From Octopus bimaculoides (taxonomy: Eukaryota), in contig NC_068981.1 of the NCBI RefSeq assembly GCF_001194135.2, positions 94,812,637 through 94,866,176 on the forward strand: DNA of 53,540 nucleotides, in the 5' to 3' direction. A program made the position numbers and the translations under genes. A model generated the notes under the pieces. It was not told where the DNA came from. It saw nothing but the letters and a program-made list of their open reading frames with translations, and ran no database searches. This document shows positions 24,982-36,859 of this stretch, piece after piece. Numbering within the stretch: the stretch's first letter is position 1; each line of letters begins with the position of its first letter.

Positions 24982-25030
24982 CACAACTGTTTGTCGTGCA
25001 TCCCTCTATGCAGACGCATCTCCTCAGGTG
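24982..25030 (-). ncRNA. Degenerate minimal hammerhead-ribozyme-like motif in the putative Penelope pLTR
   Basis: rc reads cac-CTGAGGA-gatgcgtctgcatagagggatgcacgac-AAACAGTT-gtg; core CUGANGA and stem I cac/gtg are present, but the G of GAAA is missing. Confidence 0.4.
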
Positions 25031-25438
25031 ATGTTATAAGGGGTATCTCCTTAAATAAATTCTGTTTCCCTCGGTTTTAATACATGCTTTTAGTAATAGT
25101 GCGTGTGTGTGCGCGCGCGCGTATGCTCCAGCTTGGCGGCAGTCAAATGAATAAAACAAATAAAAGAATATATATATAGCAGTTTGGTAACAGCCTAGCT
25201 TGTTACTATGGAAACAGGCACCTATATGTCTGTGGCTTTCGACTGGCTAAAATTACCCAAAATTTGCAAACTTTAAAAGCTAATAACTCTTTATTTAGTG
25301 ACTTATGGTGAAAATGGGTTTCATGTCAATGATTACTTTACAAAACTACACCAGTATACCAAATATGAAATCAATTGAAGCGAAAATTGAAGAAATTGAA
25401 AAGTAGCAGCCAAACAGAAAAGATCCTCATACCGAACA

Positions 25439-25474
<36 letters not shown>

Positions 25475-25524
25475 CATATAATTCCATTTTTATGTTAGAT
25501 GCACTTCAAAAACATTAAATGAAC

Positions 25525-25657
25525 TCAGTACTTATTGGTGTTTTATTCTATCTTGACCAGAATGATAAAGACAAATTTGACCTCGGCAGGATTTGAACTC
25601 AGAATATAAACGACTTCAGGTATTTTGTTCGGTGTTTATATGATTCTGCCAATCATC
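25525..25657 (-). mobile_element. SINE family B fragment
   Basis: tttgacctcggcaggatttgaactcagaa. Confidence 0.65.
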
Positions 25658-26129
25658 CATCCAACGTGTTCCTCTACGAATTAAAATCGTCATTCTGAAC
25701 CAGGTATTTCAGATTGCAAGAATATGAAAACAAATTCCTGGTACATTTGATTAGAAGCCATGTACATTCATATTAAATCTTGGATTAAATAACTAGTTGA
25801 TACATTTGAATCAATAAGCTCATTATTTACTCTACCCAGTGATTTAAATTTAAGAGGATTTCTAATTATCTGTTTAAATAATTATCATAAGCACATTTGT
25901 ATTTAACTTTGGAATATTTAAACTAAATACGCTCTGTTATGTAAGTATTTATCTACATTCTCTCTCGCTTTTTCACTTTCGCTCTTTTGTTTTCTATTAG
26001 TATATCAACTTAATTATGTATTTCTAAACAACAACAAAAAAACAAGATATTATTTAACCCCTGTACCAGTGCAATAAATAGCGTAAATTACTTCCTTTGA
26101 TTTATTGGTCATTTTTCTTTGAAGCCTAG

Positions 26130-26315
26130 TGCATTTATGACCGAGCAGACCTATAGTGCTCTAACCGTGACTCTTCCGTCCAAATTTCAAGCAGAGGATA
26201 TTTAGGACGGCATTATCCGAAGTAATTTCTCCATTTAAAAAGAATGAAAAAAAAGACAGGGTATGATTTGAAGAAGATTTAGCTGTTATATATAGCAAAC
26301 TGAATGATCACTTAC
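26130..26315 (-). mobile_element. SINE family F
   Basis: gagcagacctat..accgtgact..agatttagctgtta matches other F copies. Confidence 0.55.
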
Positions 26316-26764
26316 TAATTCCTTTGCTTCCAAAGGTTCATATGGATCGTGAAGATCAAGCTTTTGCCTCCAAAGTAAGTGGAATGGATAACACCTGAAA
26401 TCGAATCTAAGTTATTGACTTGGTTTGCCGATAGTTTATATTTAATCTACGATGATCGAGAAAACCAACAAATGTGTGTTTATTCTATACCTTTGGAGAA
26501 TATAATGGATTTGAGCATCTAGTGAAGGACTAATGAAGAAATATTATTGACTAGGAATACGTCGGGTCATAAAGACATGAAGGTTTCGATGAACTTCAAG
26601 ATGGTTCATTTAGTCTTTTGATAAAAATAAGTCGACCGCGACGGATCTAGACAGCAAATGACATTACATCTTTTAAAGCAGACTGTTAGACGAAAATGAA
26701 TGCAACTCAAATATTGAGTAATAGAGCAATTCAACACATGATAAAGACAGTAACAAGTAATACT

Positions 26765-27611
26765 GATTTCAAATTTTGGTACGTGACCAGCAAGTTCGTG
26801 GAAGGGATAAGTCGATCCCAGTGCACAACTGGTACTCATTTTATCGACCTCGAAAGGATAAAAGACTAAATCGATCTCGGTGGAATTTGAACTCAGAACG
26901 CAAAGACAGACGAAATACCACTAAGCATTTTTCCTGGTGTGCTAACAATTCTACAAGCTCGCCACTTTGCAGCAAGTAACAGTGAAAGGAAAAAATTATA
27001 TGAAGCCCGTGTATAAATTTATGTCCCCAAAATATTGACTTCAAATTCTGACACAAGATCATCAATTTCGGGGGAGGCTCACCAGCTCACCGTTGATTAC
27101 ATCCACTAGAGCGCAGAACTGGTACTTCTTTTATTGACCTCGAAAGGCAAAGTCAGCCTCGGCGGAATTTGAACTCAGGACGTAAAAATGGACTGAAATT
27201 TGGGGGAGAGAATAGTTGATTACATCGACCCAGTACTCAAATTGGTACTTCTTTTATCGACCTCGAAAGGATGAAAACAAAGTTGACCAAAGATTGCAAT
27301 TTGAACTCAGAACGTGAAGACGAACGAAATGCCGCTTTGCATTTTTCCCGGCGTATTAACGACTCTGCCAGCTCACCGTTTATACAATAGCATGTAATAA
27401 TCCTTTCTACTGTAGGCACAAAACCTGACATTTTAGGGGAGGGGGCTAGTCGATTACATCGACCCTGGTGTTTCATTGGTCCTTAATTCATCGACCCCGA
27501 AAGAATGAAAGGCAAAGTCGACTTCGGCAGAATTTGAACTCAGAACGTGCAAACGGACGAAATACCGCTAAGCATTTCACCCAGCGTGCTAACGATTCTA
27601 CCAGCTCACTG
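26765..27611 (-). mobile_element. Cluster of four co-oriented SINE family B copies
   Basis: Four occurrences of gaatttgaactcag with flanking B modules (about 26765-26967, 27033-27192, 27193-27378, 27402-27611). Confidence 0.85.
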
Positions 27612-28498
27612 TTTATACAATAGCACGTAATAATGAAATGAGAAAATTATATGAAGTCCATTTATAAATTTATCGCCCCAAAATATTGGAAATACTTTTC
27701 AATATGCAAATATTCAAATAGCTTCTGACTTCACTTATTCTCACAAATGTCTAGGAAGAAATTACACTAACAAAAATTATTTTTAAACACTAATATAGCA
27801 GGACTTACATCTGCATAAAAAGAATCCATTTTTACAGTGTGTTTACAGTGATTGTGTGTGACATCATGTATGCGTCTATGAAGGGATTCTATGATTACAG
27901 TACAGTACAGCGCCGCTGATGCTACTGCCTTGTGACCAGGATAGGGCCGGATTATCAAATAAACCAGCGTTAGGAACACAATCTTCAAAAACCAAAAATA
28001 ATTTTCTTTTCAACCATATCATCAAATATTTTGCTGTATTTTTCAGTAACCACAATATCTACTGACTTCTTTTCACCAGACAAACTGAGTTTTACAAGTG
28101 CCATTTTATATGTTAAAGTTTCTAGACCACTCAGCTGTACGCATACAAGTCTCCACTATGTATTTCTGTATTTTCAGTGATTATTGCTGTAAACTCAGAT
28201 CGCTCTGCATTAAACCACTTGACATTGCATCTACTTTTGAAGGTTTTGATATTTAGTTCGTTTTTTTTTTTTTTTGTTTCAATCATTTTTTATGTTTCAG
28301 TTACCATGCTGGCGCACCACCTTGAAGAACTTTTAATTGAATGAATCGACCCCAGTACTTATTTTCTTTAAGCCTCGTACTTATTCCATCGTTTTTTTTT
28401 GCCAAACCGCTAAGTTACGAGGACGTAAACAAACTAACACCAGTTGTCATGCTGTGGTGGGGACAAACACAGGCACAAAGACACACACACACACACAT

Positions 28499-31400
28499 CG
28501 TCGTCGTCGTCGGCAGCGGCGTTTTATCGTGTGTCCGATTATTTATTTTGTTTCTTCTTGAGCGCTTCTTCCCCTCTGTCCGTGTTTATGCCTCTGGTGA
28601 CTAAAGAGGCCGATTCTTGCATGGAAGCGTCTATTGCAAAGTTCACAAGGGATCCATGGTGGAGGCTTTGGTTGTTGCAGCTTCCATTTTCTTTTTTGTC
28701 GTTTTTCTTCTTTCTTATGTTGTTGAGCTTCAAAATGGTCTGCCACACTGGCGATGGAATGATGCCAGCCGGGCTTATCCTGAGCTTCAATGTCCCAGGC
28801 TTTGGGATCGATTCCAGCCAGTTTTAGGTTTTGTTTCAGCTGGTCTTTGTATCGACGGAGAGGACAGCCACGGTGTCTTCTTCCGGTGGAAAGTTCAGCA
28901 TATAAAATTTGACGAGGCAGTCTGGTTTCTTTCATTCTTGCTAAGTGGCCCGCCCGTAAATTTTTTTTCTTACAAGAGTTCCGGACCCCAATAATGAACT
29001 CATTTGCATACAGCCAATCAGAGCTTACCTTGAAAATCCACATACTGTGTACTACTACAGTACAGCCAGTCAGGCATAGAATGGCGTATGCCATTCTGTG
29101 AGTATAGCATAGCAGGTCTCACACAAGCACCACATGCCCCCACCATCCTCATAGATCAATTGAGCATCATCTCTATATGGAGCTAACAACATTAGGTACC
29201 TATGCTCAGACTGAGATTAGTGATACTGCATGTACCTATTGATATATGCAAGGCGGGCGCAATACGACACAACGCCATATTGATTACGATGTTTCCAGAG
29301 CAACACCAACGTTTTAAATTAGGTAGGTATAAAATCAGTCAAAAATTAGGAAACTACACTCTTTTACATTTTCTAGTAAATTACGCAGATTAGCAACACT
29401 TATGGCATCATTGGTGAGCAGCTCTCCGTTCACTTTATACAGTAAATTTCACATTTGTCACCCCTATTAACCCGTTTAGAACAGTTAGATTTTGCTATAA
29501 CGCACATTTTCCACCGAACTCAACCAGAGTATTTTCGTGACAAAGTGGTTACTAGTTTGATAGTTGAGCTCTGATTGGCTGTATGCAAATGAATTCATAA
29601 CTGGGGTCCGGAACTCTCGTGGGGAAAAAATTTTGCAGCCCGCCCATCTCAGATGATGTTTCAGGATGGTGGCTCGATGCTGCTGCTTTTTATTCTCTCC
29701 AAAATGGAGACATCGGTCATATAATCATTCCATTTGATATTCGTAATAGAGCGAAGCTTCTGTTGGTGAAATCGCTCTAGTTTTATGACGTCACTTCGGT
29801 AACGAGTCCAGGTTTCACAACCGTAGAGGAGAGTGGAGATCACGACTGCTTGGTAGACACTCAATGTTGTTTGGTGATTCAGATCTTTGCTTTCAAAGAC
29901 CCTTTTCGTCATTCCACCAAACCCGGTGTGAGCCGCTCGTAATCGTCCTTTTCCAATATGTATTTGTTCGAAAGCAAACTTACTAAGTGTGAAAAGTGGT
30001 CGACTTTCTCCAGTGGCGTCTCCAAGATGGTAATGTTGAGGTTTGGAGCTTCCTGACTTAGAACGGGTTGTACCAGGATTTTTGTTTTCTTGCTGTTGAC
30101 TCTTAGGCCAAATCGAGTGTATGCATTGGTGAAGTTTTTCACCAAATGTTGAAGCTGTTCACTGGAGCGGCAGACTGCTGCATTGTCATCAGCATACTGA
30201 AGTTCAGTCATCTTTTGCTTCCTGGTCAGTTTTCGTGACTTCAACCTGGCAAAGTTGAAACATCCCTGTCACATCGCTACCTAATGTTGACTCCTGGATT
30301 ATCTGAAGGCAGTTCATAAAACATTTCTGCTAGGTATAGGAAGAGGAGCGTAGAGGCCAAAACGCATCCTTGTTTTAATCCGCCAGTGATGGGGAAGTCT
30401 TCAGATAGTTGGCTTTGATGGGAGATGGTTCCGGCCATACCATCATGTAATCCCTGTACTAGGTAGCCGTAGCGTCGGAGGACCTTCTACATTGCAAGCC
30501 TTGGAACGGTATCAAAGGCCTTTTCGAGGTCGTAGAAAACAAAATAGAGAGGCTTTTGTTATTCTCTACTCTTTTCTTGTATTCGTCGAGCACAAAAGAT
30601 CATGTCAGTTGTCCCTCTGGATGGTCGAAATCCACATTGTGATTGAAGTAGGACTTCCTCCGCGATGACTTGGAGAGCAGTGAGATGCCACGATAGTTCC
30701 CACATCTTTCTGTCTCCTTTTTTGAAGATGTGATGATAACAGCATCTTTGGGGTCTTTGGGAACATGGCCGTTTTCCACATTCGAAGAATCAATGTGAAC
30801 AGACTGGTGTTTAATAGTAGCTCACTATGTTTTAGAAGTTCCACTTGGATGATGTCTGGGCCAGGGGACTTCCGCTGCTTCATCCGGTTGAGGGAAATCT
30901 GGTACTCTTCTTAGGTTGGTGGCCTATTCATCCAGCGCCGAGTTGGATGCATGGGTACGTTCTTCAAGAAGTCTTCCGCTACGCTGGCGTCTTATTTCAG
31001 AAAACTCGAGAAGTGTTCTCTCCAGCGTTGAAGGATATCTTGTGGGTCAGTCAGGGTGGTGTTGGAGTCTACTTATTGAAGAGACTCTGTTGATGATCTC
31101 ACAGGTCCAAAAATTCCTTCTTCCCTGCGTAGAAGCGTTCGAGGTCACGGGCGTCAGCATACCCTTAGAGTTCAACGGCTTTTTGTTGCCACCAGTTGTT
31201 CTGCATCTCTTTCAATTTTGTTTGGCATTGTCTTTTGAGCTCTTGATATCTCATTTTCTTGTGCCGCGATCTTGGATCTTGCTCATGAGAGAGGCGGGCT
31301 TGCCGTTTTGCATCGACCAGCTGGCTGCTTTCTTGATCATTGTCATCAAACCAGTCCTGATGTCTCCTTTTGCTGTACACGAGGGTGTTTTCAGCCACTT

Positions 31401-31873
31401 CAGTGATGGTTTTTCGAAGTGTATTCCTTATCCTTATCCATATCCTGGTTGTCAGATAAGATGGATTGATGTTGAGAGTGGAAGATGCATAAAGGGAGCT
31501 GATCTCTGGGTTGTTAAGCTTCGATATGTCAAATTTTCTCCTGACTGGTTTTGTTTATCCAGTCTTTGGTTTGTTGTTAACAATTATTCGAAGGCGGATG
31601 ATGAGTAGACGATAGTCTGTCCGGCAATCATCAGTTGTTTGTCGTTCGTGTGATGAGGACGTTTCTTTTGTCTTGTTACCGGATGATGGAGTAGTTCAGG
31701 AGGTGCTAGTGTTTCGACTTGGGGTGCTTCCAGGTGGCCCTGAAGCGAATTGGGAGAATCGAAATTTGGTTTTGGTGACGTAGAGAGAGTGTTCAGCGCA
31801 CAGCCCAAAGAGAAAGAGTCCATTTTCATTGCAGTTTCCATCTCCTTCATTGTTAATAACATTCTCCCATAGT
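28499..31873 (-). mobile_element. 5'-truncated degenerate RTE/BovB-type LINE
   Basis: Partial APE (GNCNENGLFL), RHQDWFDDND, KSPGPD, LQYADD, LLYGCETW, LERFHQQKLR, RLPRQILYAEL, terminal C2H2 CELCNRRFHARIGLFSHQRHKH, (GAC)n tail. Confidence 0.92.
28956..29637. mobile_element. 682-bp non-autonomous TIR element with about 70-bp arms, inserted in the RTE
   Basis: Arms 28956-29025 / 29567-29637; TSD gcccgccc at 28948-28955 and 29638-29645; excision restores LRWAGHLARM. Confidence 0.88.
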
Positions 31874-32595
31874 CTGGTCGGCACGTGGCGATAGTAAGGT
31901 GACACGCTGTGGGACTGAACCCGGAATCATGTGGTTGGGAAGCAAGCTTCTTACCACACAGCCATGTCTGTGCCTATGTTGTCTCTGAATCAACCATATA
32001 TTACATTAGCCTGTCCTTTTGTTGCACTATGTAATAAATTTTATTGAAAAACCTATGCTATATATGTCAACATACCTCGTATATTCACGCATAATAACAC
32101 TCCTAGTTCAATGCATTTCAAATATTGCTTTATCTCAATTTCCGAGTGTGATGTGAGAATTAACTGCTTTCACACCATTTTCAAATTAGTTACTCTTAAT
32201 ACCTTTTGAAAATATTTTCATTAATGGGTGGACAATGTAAATGTAGATAAAGGGAGATGTAAAAAAAGAAAAGATAAAAACAAAGACTTGGGCGTTGGAT
32301 GCTATTCTTTTCAACATAGATCTAAATAGTGACGGGGTGACGCCTAGTCAGTATTAACGTTTAGAAAAGAAATGGGAAGCGCAAAAAAATAAAATTAGAT
32401 GGAAAAAGAATGCCGGAAATCAGGTTTGCCCGCCTATTGTGTACCGAATTAATTGAACTTTATTTTATGTGTGGAACATTATGTGTGTGTTGAGAGAACG
32501 TTTCTCATATTGTGTAAGAAGCATTATGTACGCAATGCGATACAAAATAGAAAAACTATGGACCCCTCTCCCTCTGTGTTGTGAGAGAATACCAG

Positions 32596-32660
32596 AAAAG
32601 AATGAATGAATGAATGAATGAATGAATGAGTGAGTGAGTGAGTGAGTGAGTGAGTGAGTG
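32596..32660. repeat. (GAAT)n(GAGT)n microsatellite
   Basis: Direct inspection. Confidence 0.9.
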
Positions 32661-32744
32661 AAAATTATCTTTCTCGCTAGGCCAACTGACCCGAGGTGGG
32701 ACAGAACTGTGACGGCTTTCTGCAAGCTCGATGAAAAACTAGAT

Positions 32745-32820
32745 ATCTTATAAAGTGAGAGGACTGGGGCGGGAGTGACGCGCAGACACCTCTGAACGAC
32801 AAGCACTGATTGGTCACGAC
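32745..32820. promoter_or_regulatory. Candidate Pol II promoter (TATA-like, GC box, CRE-like half site, CCAAT)
   Basis: tataaa 32749-32754, ggggcggg 32766-32773, tgacgcg 32776-32782 and attgg 32809-32813 clustered in CpG-containing, apparently non-repeat sequence. Confidence 0.4.
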
Positions 32821-32877
32821 TGTACCGAGGGCTGTGCTTAATGGTGTACGTGATCGGGAAAAATACCATCGAATGAA

Positions 32878-32959
32878 ATGTTGGCGCAATGTCACACACC
32901 TATGCAATGGAGTGATGGCTCAAAACCAAATTTCATACGTGGACATTTTGGTACTGAAG
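32878..32959 (+). CDS. Candidate first coding exon (MLAQCHTPMQWSDGSKPNFIRGHFGTE, phase 1); product unknown
   Basis: ATG with a purine at -3, open frame, consensus donor AAG|GTAAGC at 32959/32960, just downstream of the promoter motifs. Confidence 0.3.
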
Positions 32960-33126
32960 GTAAGCTATCTACCACATCTTGATTTAATAAAGAGATAAGA
33001 GAAATAATTTTCGTGATTAGGTTTCAACGGATAATGGTATTCGTTGTTGTTTTTGTTGTTGCTGCCGCTGTTGTTGTCCTTGCTGTTGCTGCTGCTGATG
33101 CTGCTGATGCTGCAGCTGCGGCTGCT

Positions 33127-33584
33127 GTTGTTGTTTAGTCCAAGATAAGCCTAATCAAATAGATTTATGATTAAAGGCACTCAAGCCGTTGTGATCCTAT
33201 CTTCTTAAAGATATATAGGGCTACATTATCAGGTGTTATTTCCTTATTTAAAACGTTGGTATATAATAGGAGGAAGATTTGGCCGCTATTTCTAGCAGGT
33301 AAAGCCACCTCAGAGGGGCTCCCTTATTAGTTTGAATGATTTTTATTAAAGGTCGGTGGAAGATGAGACAATTTGGGCTCAAATCTATTCTCTTCTTACA
33401 CAGAAAATCTTTACCTATAAGACAGAGTAACCAAATCTCCCTTATGCCATTTTGTATTAAAAAAGGGAAGGATACACTAGACAGGACCGTGATATATAAA
33501 AGCGGAATGGTCATGGCTAGAATGCTTTTGATCTTAACTCGTCTCGATCAAGGTTAGCTTGAACCTAAACAATAGCAACAACAA
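33127..33584. mobile_element. Two SINE family F copies in inverted, head-to-head orientation
   Basis: 33127-33323 (minus; gttgttgtttagtcc..gatttggccgctatttctagcagg) and about 33380-33584 (plus; accaaatctccct..cctaaacaatagcaacaacaa). Confidence 0.65.
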
Positions 33585-33616
33585 TCATTCTCTTGCTGTC
33601 ATAAAACACAACCGAT

Positions 33617-34260
33617 TTAAAATCTGCTTACTAAACCATTTGATATTACGCGTTTCCCTTCGCTAACGCTGGTCTCAGTTCTGTACCTTTTATCTATGGA
33701 GCCAGTGTAACGGAAGTTGACGTGAGTTAGAAGATTGCGCAAAAAGATCGAGAGGTGGTATGTTTCTGCTTGTCTAGCGTACTTTTCTCCAAGACATATC
33801 TGAACAACTGGAATACCATTGCTCATGATATACGAACATGAGTTCATGCTCTGAGGTGACTTCTTCCGAAATTCATGGATGGTGAGCAGCGGAGATTATC
33901 GTTTGCCAAAATGCATTTTATAAAACTTGTCTCTTTGACTAAGCTATAGTCTTTCATGAAATATAGATCAAGTATAGATGCATTATATCCCTCTACCTAT
34001 TTGAAGAATGTCATCAGTTAAAGGCTTCACTCTTGTATTGTTAGCAGAGTTAGTGGATAGTTTGAGAGTTGATGTCCTGAAAGATACTACTAATTTCGAT
34101 GAAGGTTTACGGACGAAACTTTTTTGGAACATTTTCATTTTTAGGGAATTAACGGATATTTTCAAAAAGATCTCTCTGCAGCAGTGCCACCAAGGGATAT
34201 TACTTGTTTAAGATAAACTGTGCCGTTACAGATATGTCAAAGAAATGGAGGGGAGTACAA
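33617..34260 (-). mobile_element. Possible very decayed Penelope-like RT remnant
   Basis: Minus strand CNGTVYLKQVISLGG and PLTDDILQI loosely match NGxxYxQxxGxxMG and YxDDIL. Confidence 0.3.
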
Positions 34261-34754
34261 TAAAATCGTCTTCAACGGAATTGCTTAGTGTGCTCGGATC
34301 ATTGACTTGTCGAATAGCTTTTATTATTTGTTGAACAGGTGTGGCCATCATCAGCATCTATGGTGTGTGTGTGTGTGTGTGTANNNNNNNNNNNNNNNNN
34401 NNNNNNNNNNNNNNNNNNNNNNNNNNNNNNNNNNNNNNNNNNNNNNNNNNNNNNNNNNNNNNNNNNNNNNNNNNNNNNNNNNNNNNNNNNNNNNNNNNNN
34501 NNNNNNNNNNNNNNNNNNNNNNNNNNNNNNNNNNNNNNNNNNNNNNNNNNNNNNNNNNNNNNNNNNNNNNNNNNNNNNNNNNNNNNNNNNNNNNNNNNNN
34601 NNNNNNNNNNNNNNNNNNNNNNNNNNNNNNNNNNNNNNNNNNNNNNNNNNNNNNNNNNNNNNNNNNNNNNNNNNNNNNNNNNNNNNNNNNNNNNNNNNNN
34701 NNNNNNNNNNNNNNNNNNNNNNGTATGCCTATAGTAGAAGAGATTATTATAAAA

Positions 34755-35150
34755 AAGGCGGTGAGCTGGCAGAGTCGTTAGCACGCCGGACAAAATGCGT
34801 AGGGGCAGTTCTTCTGGGTTTGCATTCTGAGTTCAAATTCTTTCGAATTCGACTTCGCCTCTCATCCTTTCGGGGTTGATAAAATTAGCACCAGCTGAAC
34901 ACTGGGGTTCATTTAACTGACTAGCCCCTTTCCTGGCAGAATCATTAGCGCGTTGGACAAAAATGCCTAGCGGCAATTTTGGGGGTTCTTTATGTTCTGT
35001 GTTCAAATCCCATCGAGGTTGACTTTGCCTTTTATCCCTTTGGGGTCAATAAAGCAAAGTATTAGTCAATTACTATGGTAGATGTAATCGTCTGACTTAT
35101 TCCCTTAATATTGCTGGCCTTGTGTCCAAATTTGAAACCATTATCATTAT
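34755..35150 (+). mobile_element. Two tandem SINE family B copies
   Basis: ggcggtgagctggcagagtcgttagcacgcc head at 34757; second head ctggcagaatcattagcgcg near 34933; shared tail. Confidence 0.8.
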
Positions 35151-36128
35151 TTATTCACAGTTGACCTAACCTTATGTTGTTTTGTCAAGTTGCTCTTAGA
35201 AGAAAGGATAATTACTACATGAAATAGAGATTTTGCTCTTACTTTTAAACGCGCATAAGGATATCTTCGGAAAGCTTGGAGTTTACACATACAGAAATGA
35301 CAGAAAAATTATTAATTTGTTGTTGATTTTTTAAGCTTTTTTTTTTTATTTTCTGTTATTTATATACAAAATATGGCTACAAAATTACTGAACCACAACC
35401 CTCCGAAGAAAAACTTGCCGAGCCTAGACTATCACATCACACACAGCGCATAAAGAACAAAACAAAACCATTATTTACAATAGCACAACCGTGAAAAAAA
35501 AAAGAATATTGATGATCATTCCACTGAAAGTACATTTAGTTTCAATAACGGCAGTATTTCTTTTGTCAACTATAATACACGTACACATATGTTTAAACAA
35601 TATAAGAACATTACAGATGGAATCTGTTGTGTTCACGTGACAAACCTGATAGCGGCTTTGGATTAGGTTAATTTTCTTGAAAAAGGGTCGAGTTAGGAAC
35701 ACCCTTATGTGAAACAAAGCAGTCTTACACGAGAATGTATACAACAGCGAGCGAAACAAATTATTTTATTTATAACTCTTTTAAGAAGGTGAAGCTTGTA
35801 GTGACCTTTGAAACAGCAACAAAATCTTTACACAATGCGACAATCTCTGGATTGAGTGTGGTATTGCTTATGGAACTCTATGATTTGTTTTACGACCGAG
35901 AACTCATTTTGCTTTTGCAGTTTTATCTTTTTTTTTCATGGGCTTTAAATCATGTCTCTCTCCCTCTCTCTCTCCCTCTCTCTCTCCCTNNNNNNNNNNN
36001 NNNNNNNNNNNNNNNNNNNNNNNNNNNNNNNNNNNNNNNNNCTCATTCTGTCCCCTCTATCCCCTCTTTCTCTCCCCTCTTTCTCTCCCCTCTTTCTCTC
36101 CCCCTCTCTCTCCTCTTTCCCCACCCCA

Positions 36129-36199
<71 letters not shown>

Positions 36200-36499
36200 A
36201 CCTCCCTGCGTTCGGCATTCAAATCTTGGGAACGACTTTGCTTTGCATCCATTCGAGGTCAGTCGGGCTCAGTAATGTAAGTATTAACCATATGCGATAG
36301 AGGAAGCTATTCCATAGACTATACTTCTATTCCACGAAAATTGGTCTTACGTCAGATCAAATGAAACTTTATTATTCTTCTGTGAGCAATGGACTTCGTT
36401 GTCTGATATCCGTTTCAGGTTCGTTCGGCCTTCTATCACCAAATCAATCATTCGTTCAATTTTATATTTACTTATTTTGTTGTCGGATATGACTATTAT

Positions 36500-36680
36500 T
36501 ATTTAGTTCCAGGTTAGCTCTGATTGAATACGTTCAAGAGTATTCTAACCGTGACCATCCCGTTTATTTTCCAACATATTATATCAAGGAGCACTTTATC
36601 CAATATCCCGTTCCCTTTTAACAGAGTAGAGTGTAATTTGGAGGAGATTTAGCCATTGTTTCTCGTAGAATCAGCAGCCT
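36500..36680 (-). mobile_element. SINE family F
   Basis: tttagttccaggttagctctgat..accgtgaccatcccg..ggaggagatttagcc. Confidence 0.6.
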
Positions 36681-36859
36681 TCTTTGTCATTTGTTAGCTA
36701 AAGAATACATGTGAAAATCTGAGCCTTTTCTCCGATAAAATCTCTTCATTTGCTACTGCTCCACCATTACCACCGCTAGAAAACCACTAACGCAATTTTC
36801 GCACTGTTACTGCCACTATCAGCTCCCCACATCAACTATCCAAGCGCTATATCATATAT

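Larger units (their letters stand above)
28270..31975 (-). mobile_element. SINE family A split by an RTE LINE (tail 28270-28498; core and head 31874-31975)
   Basis: Tail plus (CA)n to the left of the LINE; tggtcggc..aaggtgacacgctgtgggactgaacccgga..ccacacagccatg to the right, in the expected order. Confidence 0.7.

Noticed and set aside
26765-27688. Repeat-spacer-like pattern resembling a CRISPR array
   Set aside because: The units are about 200-bp SINE copies in eukaryotic DNA, irregularly spaced, with no cas genes.
30916-31608. 230-aa plus-strand ORF
   Set aside because: Antisense shadow of the RTE coding strand; no independent motif.
33845-33877. ctgaggtga..ccgaaa as a hammerhead
   Set aside because: The core does not fit CUGANGA and the stems do not pair properly.
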